Positions 60,561-64,000 of a stretch of 64,000 bases of DNA are shown in pieces. The stretch lies in the NCBI GenBank assembly GCA_963575745.1, contig CAUYUJ010000203.1, positions 62,001 through 126,000 of the forward strand, given 5' to 3'. A program made the translations under genes and the position numbers. Under the pieces are notes generated by a model. That model worked only from the letters and a program-made list of their open reading frames with translations. It was not told the origin of the DNA and did no database searches. Source of the stretch: Prorocentrum cordatum. Its lineage: Eukaryota. Position 1 is the first letter of the stretch, and each line of letters begins with the position of its first letter.

Positions 60561-63500
60561 GCGACAGATGTGTGCAGTCAAGACGCTGAAGCCAGGGCCA
60601 CCTCTGTCTGTCAGAGCGTGAATTACCTACCCCGGTTTCGCTTCCAGGCAAAACCAAGCCATACCACGCGCCCCCTCGTCAAGCGGCGAGAGCAGTACAG
60701 GCTGCAGTTTGGCATCGCTTGGTATCTCTTGGAAGCGAGGGTGGTCAAAAGCGAGGTAGGTTTGTTTTCCCCCGAAAGACGCTGAAGCCAGGGCCACCTC
60801 TGTCTGAGGAGGGGCTCAAGTTTTCTGGCGCTGCCAGCGAGGCCACGGGTGGCGGCAGCGGCACCAGGGACGTCCACGGCGAGGGCGCCTCCGTCGAACC
60901 GAGCGGCCAGGGCAAGTTGCACGAGGAGCTGGAGGCCCTGGGCGGCATGGTCTCAGTTATGGCCGCGTCTGCTAAGTCCAAAGAGATCGGCCCGACCACG
61001 CAGCACGTCGACCGCATACGCACCACGCTCCACGGCGACCCGCAGCACGTCGACCGCCGACCAGGTCGGCCCGACAACGCACCACGCTCCACGGATACCC
61101 GCAGCACGTCGACCGCACCGCGCAGATCCGCGCGGAGCTGGCCGCTGCTCGCCCTCTCCTCGTCCAAGGCGCATGGCTGCGTCGATGAAGTCACAGCTGT
61201 GGGCAAGGCCATCGATCAATGGGAGGCCGGCTTCGCAGCAGAGCAAGCAGATAGCGTTGCGAGGCAGGCTCGGGCTGCCGAGATCCAGGAGCTGATCAAT
61301 GCTAAGCAGGCCGCGGAGCTGGAGCTGGAGCTGGAGCGCCAACGCTCGGAGCTGCTGCAGAGTCGCGTGCCGGCCGAGGAGACCGAGAGCTCCGCCGGCA
61401 CGGCGCTCGAAGGTTTCGCCGCGCACCTGGCCAAGCTCCAGTCGGTCATGCCACAGTTGGGCGCAGGCCAGGAGCTGTTCGAGCTATGCGCGCAGCACGC
61501 GGTGCCCTTCGTCGAGCGCACGCGCAAGGCGCGCGCGGACAAAACCGCCGAGGCGCAGGCGCAAGGAGCAGCGCCCGCCCCGGCGCCATCTGCTCCTGCT
61601 GATGACGGCGGGCACTGCGCTGTATCTGATCTTGACATGGATGATATGGACATGGAGGGGGTCAAGGCTTTCATGGCTGACTGCGAAGTGGAGGTTCCCC
61701 AGGAGGAGCCAGAGATCCGAACTCGGGCCAAGCGCCTCGCCAAGACGTTCTAGGACTTCGCCCCGAGAGCCAAGAAGAAGGCGAAGCCCAGCGACCAGGC
61801 ATGAGCTGAGCCTGGTGGGCCCTTTCGCTCTCTGTCCCCATGACGGGACCGCCATCGCTGCATGCCGCTCGGAGCCCCTGGGCGCCGTGGGGCGCGGGCA
61901 CACGCGGTCTGGGAGTGGCCTGAAGATGGCATGTTCTGTTCTTCGGGTTTTGTCCCGCACGCTTCATGCTGATGACTGGGGTGCGCTCTGTGCGTGGCGC
62001 CTCCGCAGGCGCGTGGGCTCACGGAGGCCTCGGCGCGCCGCCTGCTGCGGCGGCCTCGGTGGCGCGCCGCTCGTGCCCCCCGCCTCGCCAGACGCCATCG
62101 GGGAGGTCGCCCTGCCCTCGTCTGACGGTTGGCCAGTGCGACAGCGGCGGCGACTTGCTCGGAAACGCGGGAGCGGGCCGGGGCGAGCGGCGGCGCGACG
62201 CGATGGAGGGTCGCCTGCTGGCGGCACCGACGGGGCCACCGCCCCCATCCAAGGGTTCATCGCAACGGTGAACGACACTTCCCACAGCTGCCTTCTCGAC
62301 TATCTGCCTGGAGCGGTGGCCACGGTGCTGCTCGCGCAGGAGCACCACCTGCTGGCTGACAGGATCCCGCGGGCCCAAGCCAGGGCTCGCGACATGGGCC
62401 GGCATGGCCACTGGGCCCTTGCCCTCCCCAGCGACACGACCGAGAGCGGCACGGTCGCGGGCGTGGCGATCCTGGTGCGCGCGGACACCATGATCACGGC
62501 GCCCGAGCTCGACGAGGCGAACCTGCGCCTGGTCGGCCCCTTTGCACACGCGCGCTGGGGCGTGCCAGGAGGCTTCGTGGCGGGCAGCCTCTACTTGGAC
62601 AAGGGCGGTATGGGCCCCGGCAACTCGGCGCACGTCTGGAACATGGTCAAGACGGTTTGCCGCCTCAACGCCTTCGGCCATGATTGGGTGATCGGAGGTG
62701 ATTGGGACAGCGAGCCCTCGGCCGCCCTCGCCTATCCTTGGGCGCAGTCCGCGGCCGCTGCTGCCTTTGTGCTTGCGCTGCCGACTTGCAAGCAATCTGC
62801 TCCAGGCACCATCATCGACTACTTCGTTGCGTCGGCCAACTTGTCGGCTCGGTTACACCATCACGTGGAGGTGGACGAGGGCGCCGACCTTTACCCGCAA
62901 CGCCCCGTCTTGCTGCAGGTGATGGTACAAGACACGCCGACGTGGAGACTGGTACCCGACGTGCCGAAGCCACTGCCTCGGCAGGTGCCCGTTGGTTGCG
63001 CGCTTCCCCGTGGACTGGGGCCCGCGGCCGATCGAGTGCGCTGGCGACTCGAGCGAGCTGGCGCACGCCTGGGACTACGCGGTGCAAGGCGTCGAGCGGG
63101 AGCCAACCAATCGCTGCGACTTCATCGGGCCAAGCGCCCTTGTCAACTCTGGCCGGGTAGGGGGGCCGCAGTTTGCGCGGCGGCAAGCCCGCTGGAAGCC
63201 CTCCTGCAAGCGAGCGGCCAAGAGGCCTGCCACCCTGGCTTGGAGGACGGCTGTTCGGTCGCTCGCCCGCAGTAGGCGCGAACGGCGCAGGCTGCGAGAC
63301 TTGGTGACCACGTCGCAGCTGGCCTTCATCACGGCGGCTTTCTCGCCTGAGCAGCGCACGGTGCTCCTCGCGGCCTTCTCCGACGTGCTGAGGTCTCTTG
63401 CCGGCGCACTGCGCGGCCGCATGGTCCTTGCCAGCCCCCCGATGCAGTTGGATTCCTTCCTTCAGTCCGGCCTGGGCGCGCTGGTCGCGCCGACCTTCGA

Positions 63501-64000
63501 CGGCCTGTGCGAGTCGGCGCAGGAGGAGTCCCTGCTCCGCGCCATGCTCGACCAGCAGGCGAGCCGACGCGCCTGGGGTGTGGCCTCCGCTGCACGCAAG
63601 GCTTCCAAGGCGCCCTCTGTCGACGAGGTGGTCTCTTGGCTACGGTTGCGCGACAGGGCCCAGCCCTGCGCGTTGATCGACGGGGACTTGGCCTCGTGGA
63701 GAGGGATCGGGTCGCACCATGCCTGCGTCGAGCTGGAGCGACCCGCCGAGTCGGACGAATGGCCCGCACTCCCCCCCACCCCAGGACTCGAGGTGCTGGC
63801 GGTCATCCTGTCCCTACCAGGGGCCACTTCCACGGGGCCGACTGAACTCCACCCGCGTTCCCCGCGGCGCCTTCCGGACCAGGCGCTCGGGGCGATGGCG
63901 AGGTTATCCGTGCAATGCGAGTCGGTCTTGGACTGGCCGAGGGACCACCTCTGGGCAATGATGCGCCGCGTCCCGAAGCCCGAGTCAGGCCACCGCCTCG
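60561..64000 (+). mobile_element. Third non-LTR retrotransposon related to element 1 (5' end disrupted, runs off the window)
   Basis: Coiled-coil ORF1 remnant to ~61805. EEP motifs IATVN, LLAQEHH, WVIGGDW, TCKQSAPGTIIDYF, similar to element 1 TACRQAMPGSCID. RT start CESVLDWP...VPKPESGHRL at the window end. Left boundary uncertain. Confidence 0.85.
60611..60775. mobile_element. 165-bp family C copy in element 3, with 31-bp duplication
   Basis: AAGACGCTGAAGCCAGGGCCACCTCTGTCTG at 60580-60610 and 60776-60806. Confidence 0.82.

Overview
Eukaryotic, GC-rich, repeat-dense DNA, almost certainly from a dinoflagellate nucleus. The evidence is three perfect copies of the 22-nt dinoflagellate spliced leader (SL) TCCGTAGCCATTTTGGCTCAAG and GC/GA splice donors. 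One + strand host gene spans most of the window: eight small exons (35-106 nt, 330-56945) join in phase into the N-terminal part of a polycystin/PKD2-like cation channel. Nearly everything else lies in its 2-15 kb introns. These hold three degenerate sense-oriented non-LTR retrotransposons (zinc-finger/coiled-coil ORF1; ORF2 with EEP/APE endonuclease, RT, RNase H and a C-terminal Cys motif). The two complete elements (10901-17757, 44483-51009) each begin with a full SL plus a degenerate second SL, inside the target-site duplication (TSD) and within (CCT/GGA)n tracts. This suggests LINEs that move via SL trans-spliced RNA. A third SL heads an intronless minus-strand repeat-protein retrocopy (~4464-6827). 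Also present are several families of 137-195 bp MITE-like elements with TC...GA ends and either 5-bp or unusually long (29-71 bp) flanking duplications, hairpin tandem arrays, and many microsatellites. Most ORF-track entries are low-complexity artefacts. Family calls rest on motif recognition only; no database searches were run.
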